Positions 63,877 to 64,000 of a DNA stretch of 64,000 bases are shown one piece after another. Both the position numbers and the translations under genes were made by a program. Position 1 is the stretch's first letter; each line of letters starts with the position of its first letter. The stretch is from the IMG/VR virus record IMGVR_UViG_3300042542_004852; one strand, written 5' to 3'. A model generated the notes under the pieces. The model was not told the origin of the DNA, ran no database searches, and was given only the letters and a program-made list of their open reading frames with translations. This DNA is from a virus.

Positions 63877-64000
63877 ATGAACCACACATTAGAAACCGCA
63901 GGCAACCTACTCCGTCAAATCAGCGAAGAAAGCAGAGGCGTGGCCTTGACAAAGGAACAAGCGCACATTTTCAACGCAGTGTTCTACAGGGGCATGCTGG
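63877..64000 (+). CDS. Small early protein, 3'-truncated
   Basis: MNHTLETAGNLLRQISEESRGVALTKEQAHIFNAVFYRGML... Confidence 0.65.
   Translation, partial: MNHTLETAGNLLRQISEESRGVALTKEQAHIFNAVFYRGML

Noticed and set aside
1-64000. Alternative genetic code (stop-codon reassignment)
   Set aside because: Core genes are full length in the standard code, and TAA, TAG and TGA all serve as stops.

Overview
A 64-kb segment of a large, AT-rich, apparently lytic tailed dsDNA phage (Caudoviricetes). It has a long tape measure gene and no recognisable sheath gene, so it is probably siphovirus-like. Layout: (1) 1-3.2 kb, sugar-modification cluster (nucleotidyltransferase, GT-like protein, GDPD-like protein, Gmd, FkbM methyltransferase); (2) 3.2-16.7 kb, replication/recombination (RecA-like, DnaB, primase, Cas4/AddB-like nuclease, a Pol III alpha split into PHP + exonuclease + core genes, ClpC-like ATPase); (3) 16.7-58.3 kb, virion morphogenesis (fibres, tail, 2745-aa tape measure, neck, capsid, protease/scaffold, portal, terminase) plus an ECF-like sigma factor and PhoH; (4) 58.8-64 kb, a compositionally distinct early/host-takeover-like region of tiny ORFs. 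The most unusual structure is in region 4. Five same-orientation copies of a 51-bp four-box dyad (CCTARG-N7-CCTAGG-N13-NNTAGG-N7-CCTAAG, with a fixed 17-bp variable core) separate small-gene cassettes. Each copy is followed by one of two interchangeable upstream modules and a sigma70-type promoter with an invariant 16-bp spacer, often giving a leaderless mRNA. The cassettes carry paralogous peptide families and a tRNA-like element with no anticodon loop. Other highlights: P-loop and PD-(D/E)XK-like cargo domains inside the tape measure, bracketed by a repeated G(F/Y)VPNFA motif; a GTGTAA putative late-promoter motif paired with the phage sigma factor; and strong [S/T]-G enrichment in surface virion proteins next to a glycosylation cluster. 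All product calls come from motif recognition by eye; no database searches were run.
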